A stretch of DNA of 64,000 bases from Fimbriosthenelais zetlandica (Eukaryota). The stretch spans positions 61,752,001 to 61,816,000 of the forward strand of contig OZ365109.1 in assembly GCA_977030845.1 (NCBI GenBank). Reading direction: 5' to 3'. Made by a program: the position numbers and the translations under genes. Shown piece by piece: positions 1 to 12,800 of this stretch (position 1 is the stretch's first letter; every line of letters starts with the position of its first letter). The notes under the pieces were generated by a model. The model saw nothing but the letters and a program-made list of their open reading frames with translations, was not told the DNA's origin and ran no database searches.

Positions 1-46
1 GGACAATTTTCTTGCTTCCTTTAAAAATAAATTTCTCACATTTTAG

Positions 47-2479
47 CACGACAGAGGGAGAATTCACTGGTGTCGGGAAGAAGGGAGATGCTAACGTGCA
101 AATGGCTAGAATTCTGCAATACTTAGAGTGTCCTCAATACCTTCGGAAAGCCTTCTTTCCACAACATAAGGACCTGAAATATGCAGGTTGGTCTCTCTCA
201 TTTAGCCCTTCCTACTACAGAAGAAAACCTTTGATGAGGTATCTGACTTCGTTATAAGCGGGAAATTCGCTATATCGTTATACAGTGGAGTCCGCCTATA
301 ACGAACACGCTTAAAACGAAATTTCGGTTATAAAGAACTGAATCCCAAGAACCGATTCATTCCCTGTTAAATCTAATGTAATTTGGTCCGCATATAACGA
401 ATTGGCTATAGCGAATTTTCCGCTTATAACGAAGTGATTTCAGGAACAAATTGAGAAAAAATCCGCCTATAACGAAGTCGGACACCTCATCAAAGGTTTT
501 CTTCTGTAGTAGGAAGGGCTTCAGCTTAAAATTCGTTAGTACTGAACTCACACGTCACTCCACCCACACAAACACCCCTACCCACCCACCTCAAACTCAA
601 AGAACCCCTCTACAATCACCTGTGATACAAGTGTCATGAGTCAGTCCCCACGCCTGAACCCCCACCCTCTGCTAAAACAAAGCTTCCATGACATAACTTA
701 ATCCCACATCAAAGCTCAGACAATAGTCCCCAATCCCAACAACCAGACTCCCGGGCACCACCGACTGACCAGGTGAGACGGGTCAGCGTGGGTTTGGTAA
801 ATTGAAGTTAAACTTCCATTTGGTTAAAAAAAAATCAAATAAGAATTCCACAAAGATATTTCATAATGGTTAGCTTAGCAGTCAGTGTATTTAAAGAGAT
901 GTATTTCGCATAATACAGTTTCTTTTCTCATGTAATCATGTCTTGTAATCCCCTGTTAGGCTAATTACTGCCTGCACCCCCGCCTAGCGGCTGATAGGGA
1001 CACTAAGTTACTCTAAACGCTTATAGCGAAATTTCGGTTATAACGAATTAAAGTGCTGGAACCAATCGCTTCGTTATAGGCGGACTCCACTGTATGCGGA
1101 CAAAATTACATTAGATTTAACAGGAAATGAATCGGTTCTTGGGATTCAGTTCTTTGTAACCGAAATTTCGTTTTAAGGATGTTCGTTATAAGTGGACTCC
1201 ACTATATATTACACATTTGATATTTCTTACTCCCCGACATTGCACTTTCACTTTTTCATTTTAATTTCAGGATTGCTCAACCCACTTGATTGTCCTCATC
1301 ATATGAGAGCTGAGGATCTGGCTGAATTTCGAGAAGGTGTGGTACTACGAAAACCAATGAAGCCGGGTAAAGGATCATTTGTTGATGTTGGATTACCCAA
1401 AGAAATCCAGGTGGACAAAGCCTTACAGTCTGGTCTGAGAGTTACTGTCAGGATGGAGCTCGAAGATACAGGTACTCAGGTTATTTATTCACTTACTGTA
1501 TAAACCTCCTGTGTTATGTTGATTTATATGCAAGGAGAGCATTATATATTACAAGACACATCAAAATCGATATTCTCATTATCCATGTTGCTGTTTTGTA
1601 AATCTATCAATGTAATACATGAATGTTTTTTCTGTGTAAAACATGTACATGTACTTATCTATTTCCATCTAAAGACTTCATTTGGAATTTCTTTCAGGAA
1701 AGAAAAGTAAGGGAACAATAGTTTCGCCTTCAACTCCTCGAATTGAAGCCGGACTGTACTGGGGATACAGCGTAAGGCTAGCATCCAGTCTGAGTACTGT
1801 ACTGACTGAATGCCCCTACAAAGATGGCTATGACTGTTTGATAGGCACCTCCGAAAAGGGAACGTCTGTAGACGATTTCCAAATGAATGAAAGCTTCAGG
1901 TAGGATTGGGTCTTGTATATTGGGTATTGATTTTTCCCCCAGGGGTTAATTTCAATCCCTCAGTATTATATCTGGATAGTAGTTATTTTGAAACTATTAA
2001 AAACATATGCATAATTTAGATAACATTGTTTATATTATGAACAGTTCAACTTATAAAACTATAATGGTGTATCATTATTTATTTCAGTCATTTGCTTTTT
2101 GTATTTGGAGGCCTTCAAGGATTGGAGACAAGTTTGGATGTAGATCCTGATCTTCATCTGGATGATCCTTCTGAGCTCTTCAATTATTATCTAAATGTGT
2201 GTCCAGGGCAGGGTTCTCGGACTATCAGGACAGAGGTGGGTGTCTATTTTCTAAAGGGCTTGCTTGGAGTGGACCAAAACTAATGAAATACAAAGTTGAA
2301 TATATTTAATATTTGGTTACATTATATTATAAACTCGAAACTTGGGGAAATGGATTGAAACTTTCAAAACTTAGGAAAATGTTAAAGTTAGTGTATTAAA
2401 TTACATTTATTTTTTGCAGGAAGCTATCTTGATAGCGATGTCCGCTATTCGACCGAAGATTGCACAGTTATCAGCGTGA
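47..2479 (+). CDS. SPOUT1: SPOUT-family methyltransferase C9orf114/CENP-32 ortholog, 3' part (5 exons; 5' end lies outside the window)
   Basis: Exons 47-186, 1271-1471, 1698-1899, 2088-2235, 2420-2479 (TGA), GT-AG with matching phases. Translation FTGVGKKG..QMARILQYLECPQYLRKAFFP..GLLNPLDCPHH..FREGVV..GLYWGYSVRLA..GYD..IGTSEKG..VFGGLQGLE..CPGQGSRTIRTEEAILI matches human C9orf114 as recalled. Confidence 0.95.
283..1204. mobile_element. Tc1/mariner (Tigger/pogo-like) MITE complex in a SPOUT1 intron
   Basis: TA|CAGTGGAGTCCGCCTATAACGAA at 281-305 and its exact inverse TTCGTTATAGGCGGACTCCACTG|TA ending 1092-1094. A second inverted end (1093-1204) mirrors 283-395. Repeated subterminal TATAACGAA motifs; no transposase ORF. 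Confidence 0.85.
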
Positions 2480-3805
2480 GAAAACTATATTCCCCTCCAA
2501 ACACAAGTTAATTTCATCCTATAACATCTGCTTTACAATATTGTATGGCGTATTACAGTATGACTATGTACATACATTATGTATGGTGTACATAATCTTT
2601 ATCGGGTACAAACGTATACTGTTCTCCTTGTGCATTTGTACTGCTGATACTGTATTGGTTGATTGGTACATTTATATTAACAGAATATCTACTGTTACAA
2701 ACCGTGTTGTTCAGTAAAACTGTATAAGGGTAAAATTGACAGTGGAAACTGTGGTAAATTGTTTTTATTGCATATCAATGCATGGCACAATTTAGTATAG
2801 AGTACTAACAACATGGCTCTCTCAACTCTCAGGAAGCTAATTTAGTAATACAGCTGAAATCTAACAATATATCACTGCAGTAATATCAGGAATTGTTCTA
2901 GTGTAACCGCATTAAACAATACTATACGTAGTTTCTCTCAGCCAGTTTACAAATGAATAACTATGTAATGAGAAAAATATCACTCCATTTAAAATATGGA
3001 TAAAGGATCCGTTCCTTATTCTTACAATACTGATTTAAAATTATTGGATTTTGAAAATGATTGGATGGATAGGAAGGCACTTGTTTCGTCAAAGACGGGT
3101 CCAATCTAATTGTAATACCATATATATGCATACAGACGTTTTAGGCTGGAAGATACAGTACCTAAATTTATTCTACACTCGCAGATCAGAAATTAGTTGA
3201 TAAACTAATGGAGAAAGCATCCAAATATCGCTACCTGTATGAATTTTATTCATTTTAAAGGCAAAGATGAAAATGCCATCTTTAGATGTCTATTAGTGTA
3301 GGCAAAAATAACATATATACTGCACAGGTCTGAATAGAAATAATCGTAACATATGAATAGATATATACATATTGAAATAGAAATTTTTACAATGGTAATC
3401 TGACGCGATATTTTGTGTATATAAATGTGTTGCCATCTCGGAAATCATTTAAGAGGTTAAAAATGGTTTTAAATTAAATCCTATATTGAAGTCTTTATCA
3501 TTAGTTATATCATACTGGAGGAAAATATTCAGATACAGGCTCATTTTCGTATTGGAAGTTCTTAAACAATTCCTGGCCCCCAGGGCATGAATTGTCTAGA
3601 AGAGAATAGCATTTTGCAAATAAATGAGTGGTTCCAAAAAACCTAGGTTGTCTAAAATATTTAGACAATATATTAGCACTTCTGTGTTTGATAGAATTCT
3701 TTCTGTGACTTATTTACATGCAAGTAGGTACCAAATATACCTCGACGTTTCATTTTGATAATTTTCGTTGAAAAACGAGTCCTATAAAATAGAAAGCAAA
3801 GCTCT

Positions 3806-6800
3806 TCAGCAGTGTGTCTCTTTAACGTCAGTTCCATGTGAAGTGTGACTGATATTAGAATCTCGTGTAAAGGCAGTGGGTTGACTCTCTGCAGGTCGTT
3901 CGTGTATAAGTCTAAGATCTGCCATCATTTTGCTTGGACTTGTTTCGTTAGAAGGCCTACGGAATACCTTAGTTTTGCTGGTAGTATGAATACCTTTAGG
4001 CAGATCTGACAATAAAGTAGACAAACCACCGGGTGGTGATGCGGTGTGTGGTCCACTGTTTAATTTGGTTGCCTCTTCTTTGTTCCGAGGCAAAAATTGA
4101 ATGTTAAGTGGAGGTCTCTGTATTGTCGGTTGGTTTTTATTCTTCCAAACGTTTGGCTCTCGATCCAGGTCGATTATATTAGGATTAGACATGGCTTTCT
4201 TCATCGAGTTGTGACGGACCATATTTTGCTGGATGAATCCATGAGTGAGCCCCTCAACGAAGGTTTGGTTGCCAGTGGAAACGGTAGCTTGGCTGCCATT
4301 GCCATTACCCTCTTGTATTCTCCGTTGAGCCAATTTCTGAGCAGCAGCTCTGGTTTCTTCGATCTGGGTTTGTGATGCATGAGAATAAGCATTCCCAGGC
4401 CCTGGTTCTGCTGGCTTGTCCTGTGGACTTTTATTATAAGCGTTATTTGTGAAGGCAGCATCACCAGTGGTATTTAACATTCCATTCATTTCCATGTAAG
4501 AAACTAGATTTTCACAGCTTCGGGATAACTGCCGCTGTAATGGGCCCGAACCCTTTCTGAGGACCACCCTCGTGGGTGAAGATTGTGATTCAGACAACAT
4601 GCCAGGCTCAGATGATATAGAAATATTACCACCACGAGCACTGTACCGCCCACCCATACCAGCACCTGAGGGTGGTTTGCCTGCTAATACTGTATCTGGG
4701 TACATGTGATCTTGGTCGTCCCTCTGGGGTGCTCCCACCGGATCATACCCTTCCATGCCAGTATATTCCTCCTCACCATATACACTCTCTGGGCTAAGAT
4801 ATTGGGAGTCTATAGTTTCTATGGTCTCTCTAGGCCGGGATCTAGCCATCTCCCTTGCAGGAGCAGATCTAGTAAAGTTCCTGGGTAAGGAGGAGAAGTT
4901 AGGGCTGGTTATAGAGATGGGTGTGGACTGACTCACTGCTCGACGGTGACCCTGGCTTGGAGTGGTAGGTAAGGAAGGAGATCCATCTAATGTCGCCATG
5001 CTCGCACTTCGGCTGAATATGAAAAAAAATCTACATTTGAATCCACAACTAACACAAACTTACAACATCAGAAAAACGATTCTGAAACCCGAAGGTAACT
5101 TTTCCCCACGAAATCCTAATTTTTTTTTGTAAGCATCCTTTCTACACAGAAACATGATTAAATGTACAATTATATTTATTTTGACGCCGACCCTGCCCAT
5201 CATTCCCATGTAAACTGACAGTCATGTCGTGCTCAATACAAGAATTGTGAAGGCCAATAGGAAAGCAAAGGACATCCAACAACCAAATATTATATTATTA
5301 TTAGATAATATGTCAATAAATGTAAACTCAACTGGGATTTCTAAGGACTATCGGACATAGAGATATATTAAGATAACAGTGTTAAGACACACCTGTTCAT
5401 GCTGCGATGTTGAGTGTGGGGAGAGTCAGAGACGAGATCTGGGCTGGCTAGTTTTCTCCTCGTGGTGGTGCCTGTAACCCCACAGGATGGAAAGTAAGAA
5501 CACAATACCACAAACAGCTAGATAACATGCAGTACCGGTAAGTAATGAAACAACGTTTGGATGCAAGGATCGGTCATCATGCAAAACCTAAAGACAGTTA
5601 CCTTATAGGATAAACTATTTAATACTTAAGGAAAATACCATAACGAGAAAGAAATGAAAGGTGGCAGGATTAATATTTTAAGAATGAATTTGATATAAAT
5701 GGTATGCTGTACTGACCAAAGTGCTGCCACAAGCTGTCATAGATGTCTCGGGATATTTTACGGAGATGATTGCTGAATTCTCCACTAGCTCTGACATAGG
5801 TCAGAGATTGTAAACTCTCTAATTCCATGATGCCCGTCTGACTAACTGTATCTGATTGACTCTACAATAAAAAGTGGGTGATTTTAGAAGACATGTTATT
5901 AACACACATATACATGTATTTCTGAAGGTATTCTGTACAGAAAAATATTACTGTAAATGTATGAAATTTATACCGCACATCTATTTCTTTTATCAACCTC
6001 AATTATAGGTCTATAGATTAAGAAAGTTCATTTTTAGGATATTATTTCTTTTAGCAATTTGCAGGTTTAGCAAATGTCAATTTAAAGGAAACATTACTTT
6101 TTTTCACCTGGAGGGTATATTAATGGATAACTGATTTTTATGGTCTAGTAATTATTACGATCTACTACTAGTTTTCATGTCAACTAATTTTCGTGCCAAC
6201 TAATTTTTGGCACATGATGCATATCTTTCCCCCTAATTGCTTTGTACCCAGAGGTTAAATGCCCTTTCAAAATCAAAATAGTTAGGCGTAATTTTTAGAG
6301 CAATCTGGTAGAGCGAGGCCAGGTATCTTAGAACATATCTTAGAACATACATTATATTTAATAAATAATTTTTAATAACTTACATATCGCAGTCCCGCTG
6401 CCTCAGATACATAATGATCCAGCCGGTCATATAAGGCGTTCTCCTGACCAAGTCTTGTACTGAACACATACCGACCTACACCCATACAGGCCCGCTTACC
6501 CACCGTTACAATGAAACGACCGTGTCCAGTACTCTCATAATTCTTGATGCAACTCAATGGCCACTGTGCTAGTACACACTTTGACAACTAAAACAAGAAT
6601 TTGTTAAGTTAAATATAATGATACGATCCCAGTAACCATGGGCAAAACAACGATAAAATCACAGACAATTATATTTAGTATATAGTGAAAACTTTAATCC
6701 CTTTCACTCAATATTTATGGAATATCCTTAAAGGTCTAATTCCTTTCACTAAAACAGAATTAAAACCGTAACAGTTAAAACATTTAAATTTTTCGAAGTA

Positions 6801-9487
6801 TAGATTATGGAACTATTCAAATATATGCGTACCTGTATAATTAATAATTTATATCCAATGTATAGACTCAGTGATTGACCTACCTGTAGAGCCACAGTTA
6901 AGCCCCATGGTGAGACATGCAGCAGACAGATGTTTCCCCTTGCTCCAATCTTTCTCTGGTCGTCCGAATTCTCAGGTCGGACAATCAAACATTCATCTGA
7001 AAGATGCAAATTTAAAAAGATCATAAATCATGATTTCATTGAATGATAAGTCATGTCAAATGTTGGTTGCAGGGACAAAAATGAACCAATATTGGCCATT
7101 AGCCAACTGGGCCCCTCAAGATTGTTATTTTAGGGGCCCTTATTAAATATGATTCATTGATATTATTTCTTATATATTATTTTATCTAGCAATACTTCAA
7201 CCATGACAAAGCCTGAATCATTCATATATTTTAGAGTGTATTAAGGGTCACGCAATCATTCCTTTGCATCCTCATCCATAAACTATAGCTACTCCAATAT
7301 ACAGTCATAAATAAGTTATGGTCAATATTCATACATGAATTGTGAAGGTAAAACTACGTATCAGACACATTTAGGTATATCCCTCACCTTCTAGATCATC
7401 TCTAAGTTTGGTCTGGACTTGAAGGAAGAAGGAGAATAAGTGAAATATCTTGTCATCATCCACTGCTACTACGAGGCGCTTTGTTGGTGTTGTCAAGGAA
7501 ACAACCATGTTCTGGCCTCGAACCCCATGCTTTTTCTCAACCTTATAGGGTGGTTCAAGAACAACCAGTCCTAAAATAAAATAGAAAAAAAACCTTCACA
7601 AAAATACAGAGAACAATTATTGAACTTAGATCAAATGATCCCTGTTATATATAATTAACTACAAATGAAATATCACAGGAGGCTGCAAAAGACAAATTCT
7701 TCTTATTTGAGAGGCAATCACAAAAGGATTTTTTTAATATTTAAAATATGTTCTGTCAATTTGGGAATGCAACTTAATATCATATTTTTATGTTTGCATG
7801 TTCCTTCAAAAAATAGGTCCATTACCTTTTGGTGTCTCTTCAAGGCTGTTGGGCTTGCTATTGTAGTAGAGCAATGAGGCGGATTCATGCTGTCTGAGTA
7901 GGACGAAGTAACGCTTCTTCCACTGACTGGAGAGGCGGAGCGTGCTGCGGCTATCTAAACCAGTCAGCTTCAACATCCAAGACTGTAAACCAATAAGAGA
8001 TTTTAATATCTTATATATTCATCCTTTCACCTCATTTTAAAACTACAAAAAAAGAGTTAGTGCCTAGAGTAGTTAGTCCCAAATATAATTTTAAAACATT
8101 TCATTAAATTACCTTCAATATCACTCGGAAAATCTTGGAAAAATTGATAACCCATAATTAAAAAACAGCCGCTGCCAAGTTGCCATCTCCTCCCCTTCTC
8201 TACCCCACTTCCCATTCACCTCTTCACTCTCTCTCCCAGTCCCTCCTTCTCTCGCCTACTCTTTGTCGATCTACCACTAAATAGGCCATCTGGATCTATA
8301 CACCAAATTGGTCCACACCTGACCCATATAGAACGGTAGACTCCATCAGGCAGGGAAAGAGAATGGAAAGAATGCAGGGAATCTCATCAGAGGTTAGAGG
8401 TATGCATGGAGGTTATTTCCAATGAAAAGGGGCGTCCCTCTGAGAGTAAAAGTGGGGGGGAATCTACCGGTATACATGTATATGGAATATGAGCAGGAGG
8501 CCTGTGAAATCAGCAGAGGAGCAAAGAAACTTTATATGGGTTTCGATTTCAATATGACATGAACATTTTATAATTGATTTACGAGTATAGAAATAATCTA
8601 CTCGTCTTAGGCCTACATATTTTTTTTTATTAGTTCTGGATAATTAGAATATTAGAATGATGGGCCTACTTTAAACCTAATGCAGATCTAAATGGAATGG
8701 TCTATTTAACCAAATCAATGACACAGTAAATTAGGTTACTATGGCAGGGCATCTGTATATGGAAAACCTCTCTTTGACAACATAACTACATGTATTTGGG
8801 TATCTACATGTATTAATAGTATTAATACTGTACCCCGATAAATTGGGTAGGCTAATGATGGAAATAGGACATGATATGGCAGAAAAATATTTTATATCGT
8901 ATATTAGACTATGGTGTTATATTAATTACTTTCTTGTTAATTTTATTGATTTTTGAACAATAACACGACCACCCAAGGGCAGTGGTCACTCGTGGCAGCT
9001 GCATTTGAGGAACCATATCATATGAATACCCTGATAATGGTAGGCCTATGTTATTTATGATATTGCATGATGATGAATGATGAAGGGAGGCTATTTTTCA
9101 GGGAGGTCCCCCACAGGGCTGTTAAATTAACAATGGCTTCTTGGTACCCAGCGTCCCAGGTGCGAGAAAACCTTCCGTTCATGATCAGATGCTAGCAATC
9201 TGACTCCATAGTCCACTGTCAATACACAGCAAAAATTAGTGTAAAGTTACAGTAGGCCTACCCTACGATACATAGACAGTAAAACAAAAAGTTCACCAAA
9301 ACTTTTTCCAACTTTGTGAAATAGATTATGCTTCGTAAACAATGCTAATCGCATGGATTTCATAGTATTATGACAGATGGTACACTTATCTCAAGAATTA
9401 TCAAAATCGTCAACGTTGAAATTATTGTTGTCGTGGAAAAAACACTTTTAAACTTACCTCAAACAAGACTTCAACATCCTCCTCCAT
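3806..9487 (-). CDS. Dok/IRS-like docking protein: N-terminal PH domain, IRS-type PTB domain, long disordered tail (~705 aa, 8 coding exons)
   Basis: Exons (minus) 9487-9458 (MEEDVEVLFE), 7982-7826 (SWMLK..QWKKRYFVLL..LLYY, PH), 7570-7388, 6996-6884, 6587-6384 (AQWPLSCIKNYE..RFIVTVGKRACMGVGRYVF, IRS-PTB-like), 5861-5717, 5471-5393, 5012-3806. All GT-AG and phase-consistent; total 2118 nt. Confidence 0.88.
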
Positions 9488-9880
9488 GCCTCTGTTTACC
9501 ATCATCCATGGCCTCCATTTGCCAAACTGCTCAATTGTTAAATAATAGTTCAGGATTGACACACCAGACGGCGGGAACAGATATTTTCTTCGTAATTTCC
9601 TTATTTCACGAACAACTGGTACATTAGTTGATGATCTGAGAAAGGGATATTATCGTGAATGATTTACGATAGTTATCTTTTCATAAACTTTAAAATTTAA
9701 TGTGGATGGAAGAGCGGCTGGCAGGTGCGCGCTGAATGCGAACAAAGCAGTTTAAACAAGACTATCGTGTCAGGAAACAGTGACCCAATTTACGACCTGA
9801 GCAAAGATGGCAGGCTAAACACATCGGGTCTGAAAAATATTGCCATCTTCTCGGACTCCGGTGGACATTCTTTGTCCACA
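9488..9880. promoter_or_regulatory. Probable bidirectional promoter between the Dok-like and NPDC1-like genes
   Basis: Divergent ATGs at 9487 (-) and 9881 (+) are only 393 bp apart; CpG-containing stretch at ~9710-9745. Confidence 0.6.
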
Positions 9881-12800
9881 ATGAAGAATTACAGTTTCCT
9901 CTTTGTTGTACTCTTTGTTACTGTGGGAGTTCATGGGAATAGAGCCTCAGATCAAGGTAAGACTGGCCATTATCTAATCCTTGCGGGCTCGCTGAAGTGC
10001 TCGGGTGCCAGGCTTGCTCAGTTGCTGAACTGGGAGGGGCTGATCGGCCTGTGCTGAGGTCAATATTTTTATATCAACTGTAATGTTACTGTTAGGCCGT
10101 CAGTGTATAGGTTGCCTAGAATCACCATTTGGCCCACGACCCATGGTTATTATCAAAACCCTGTTCAAGTGACTATATGTAGCAGTTCATCATTCATGTT
10201 CGAGGTAAATTTTGTTAAATTACTGCCACAACATCCTGGCATTCCTGGTGTCATGTCCAATCATTCATTAGTAACTTTAGGCCTACTTGATCAACGACAT
10301 CATCATAGGGTGCTACATTACAAGTCACTTTCTTAAAGTAGGCTAGGTAGGCCCCCCTATTGATATTATAACCGAATTTGAATTCCAGGACTCGTGGAAC
10401 TTTGAATGTCATTTAATCAGAATGTACCGTCTACCTGGAATGACTAACTAATTTGTATTCAGTTACAGATAATAATATAATTTATGTCAAAAGATATTTT
10501 CATGATGAATTTAATATGTTCTTACACGGTAAATCGAATTTCAAGGAATAAGCTACTGGGCATATAGATGGAGAATATAGCCAGGCCTAGACCTCGGCTA
10601 TGTAGGCCCCTAACAATAACATAAGCCTTTTTTAAATTTGGTAATTCCTGGTTAAATTCTTGGTCTACAATGGGCTTATAATTTTAGAGAGCACATCAAA
10701 TACATCCACTAGGCTTACTTTTTTAGATTAACAGATGTACATAATTATACGGTCTCCATTCCTGTATAATATAATTTACTGCAAGTCACGCTGAGTTACA
10801 TACGGTACCGGGGTAATCACTTTGACTTCCCATTTTCTCTCATGGTATGATCTGTACCGGTACCGTACTTATTCTATGGCCAACCTGGACCCCCGTGGAT
10901 ATTTTCCACCTATTTAAGAGGCTACTTTAGTGCTATTATCGTAATTATTAGTTTTTTATACAGAACCGCGGCGGTAGGCCTACTGGGAAACGAGCAATTT
11001 TCCGAGTTTTCTTCTTTTATACCAGTATCTTTAAAGCGTACCGTACTTCACATTAAAGGCTTTCCAGTCCATGGAAATATGCAGTTGATAAATAATTGTA
11101 TTTGTACATGTACTTCAGATGCCAAGTCAGATGATTTAGTAGTTCAGTAGGCCATTAAAATTTACGAATACGTGAGCTAAAATCTGGTATCAAAAATGCT
11201 TGTCAGCAAAAATAAACCAACCCTGCAAAGTTTTGTTTGTACATGATGTAGGCCTAAATGTACATATTCCTACTGGGCCTTGGGGTAGTATTACTTTCCC
11301 AGCTACTGTTTACCTTATATGTTGTTGCTGCATTGACACCCTCACCCATGCCCAACCCTCCCCAATAGTCAGCACTCTCTGTTATATGTTAAGATTTTTT
11401 TCTTCTGGTTTTTAAATAGGAACGCTCCCAATATTAACATTAAATCATGCTTCAAAGTTTAATCTTGCTTCATATTTTAAAAGCTGGTCCAGTGGATGAC
11501 TGCTGGTGCTGTGTGTAACCCAGATTTATGGATCAGTTCTATAAATACCTGTGCCATTATTGATATAAATCTCTCAACTTTCCTCTTTGAATAAGACCCG
11601 TTTGACGTTTCAAATATCATTGTTACAGAGTTTATTGGGCCACTATTCACAGTGACCTACATCACTGCGTGCCTTTAACATATTAGTAATAGTAATAGTA
11701 ATCATGCACCCGTGTGCACAACTCAATAGGTTCACTGAGACTCCATATGTTTGTTTTATGTTTTTACAGCTATAATACCTAGAAAGCTGGTATATATACG
11801 TCATTTGATTCACTTTTAAAGCTTCTGCTGTCGTATTTGATCAGTTTAGTCCATACCCATTTTTATTCAGGACTATTTCATCATACATGAGGATCTAGAG
11901 GTGTATATTTAGGCAACGGTTTATCTGTATCCAACTGATTTTAGACTATAACACTGCCTTGGTCCTGTAGTCAAAGGTTTCTAAAATTTGAACATGATTA
12001 ATACAAATCAAATCCGTAATTAAGTGACTGATGCCCAATTTAAAAATCTGAATTCGGATTGTGATAAAAAGGAGAAAAACCATCATCAATAGGATTGAAA
12101 AATCCTTGTTTAATCAGGGGAATGTCAGTCATTGTGTCTTAAATTGGCGACTCAGATTCAGTGGATGGTCATTGTTTTGCAAGTACCGGTAATCCTGCCA
12201 TTCTCAACATTTGTTTTTTTGGCTCTCAGCTGACTTCCTCTGGTTGTATTTGGGGATCACTCCAATGGAGCCTTATCTGGGTCCCTATACTCCAGACTCT
12301 ATTGATCACTCATTGATCTGTCAGGTGGAGTTATTTGATGAATCCATCTAGACGGACTGGGTTTATGGCCAGCGAATAGACCGATATGGATTTACTTATT
12401 ACAATGATGCATGGATTAATAATATCTTCATGGCTCAGATTGTTTGTCTGTCTGTGTTGTTGGTATTTATAAAGAGAGAACACATTTTTAAAACAACTCT
12501 CACCTAGCATTATAGTATCTTTTATGTCATTTAACAATTTTAATTTTAACAAATGCCTAAGATTTTGTTAGATTCCCTCAAAACACTCCAGATGGACAGG
12601 TGAAAATCATGAATTTGTTTCTCATGTGTTTATCTTATCACTATCTATTAGTATGTAACACATTCCTCTAGTCACACGTTTCCACCTCATAAGTAGATGT
12701 CTAAATATTGTGTATTGATGTCTTAAGGCTTGGGACCGGCTGACCGAGGATTATTGTATCATAAATGAGTAATTTGAGGTTCATCCCTGCCAGGGGACTT

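Noticed and set aside
4097-4888. Short ORFs overlapping the large Dok-like exon
   Set aside because: Antisense or alternative-frame shadows of a real CDS.
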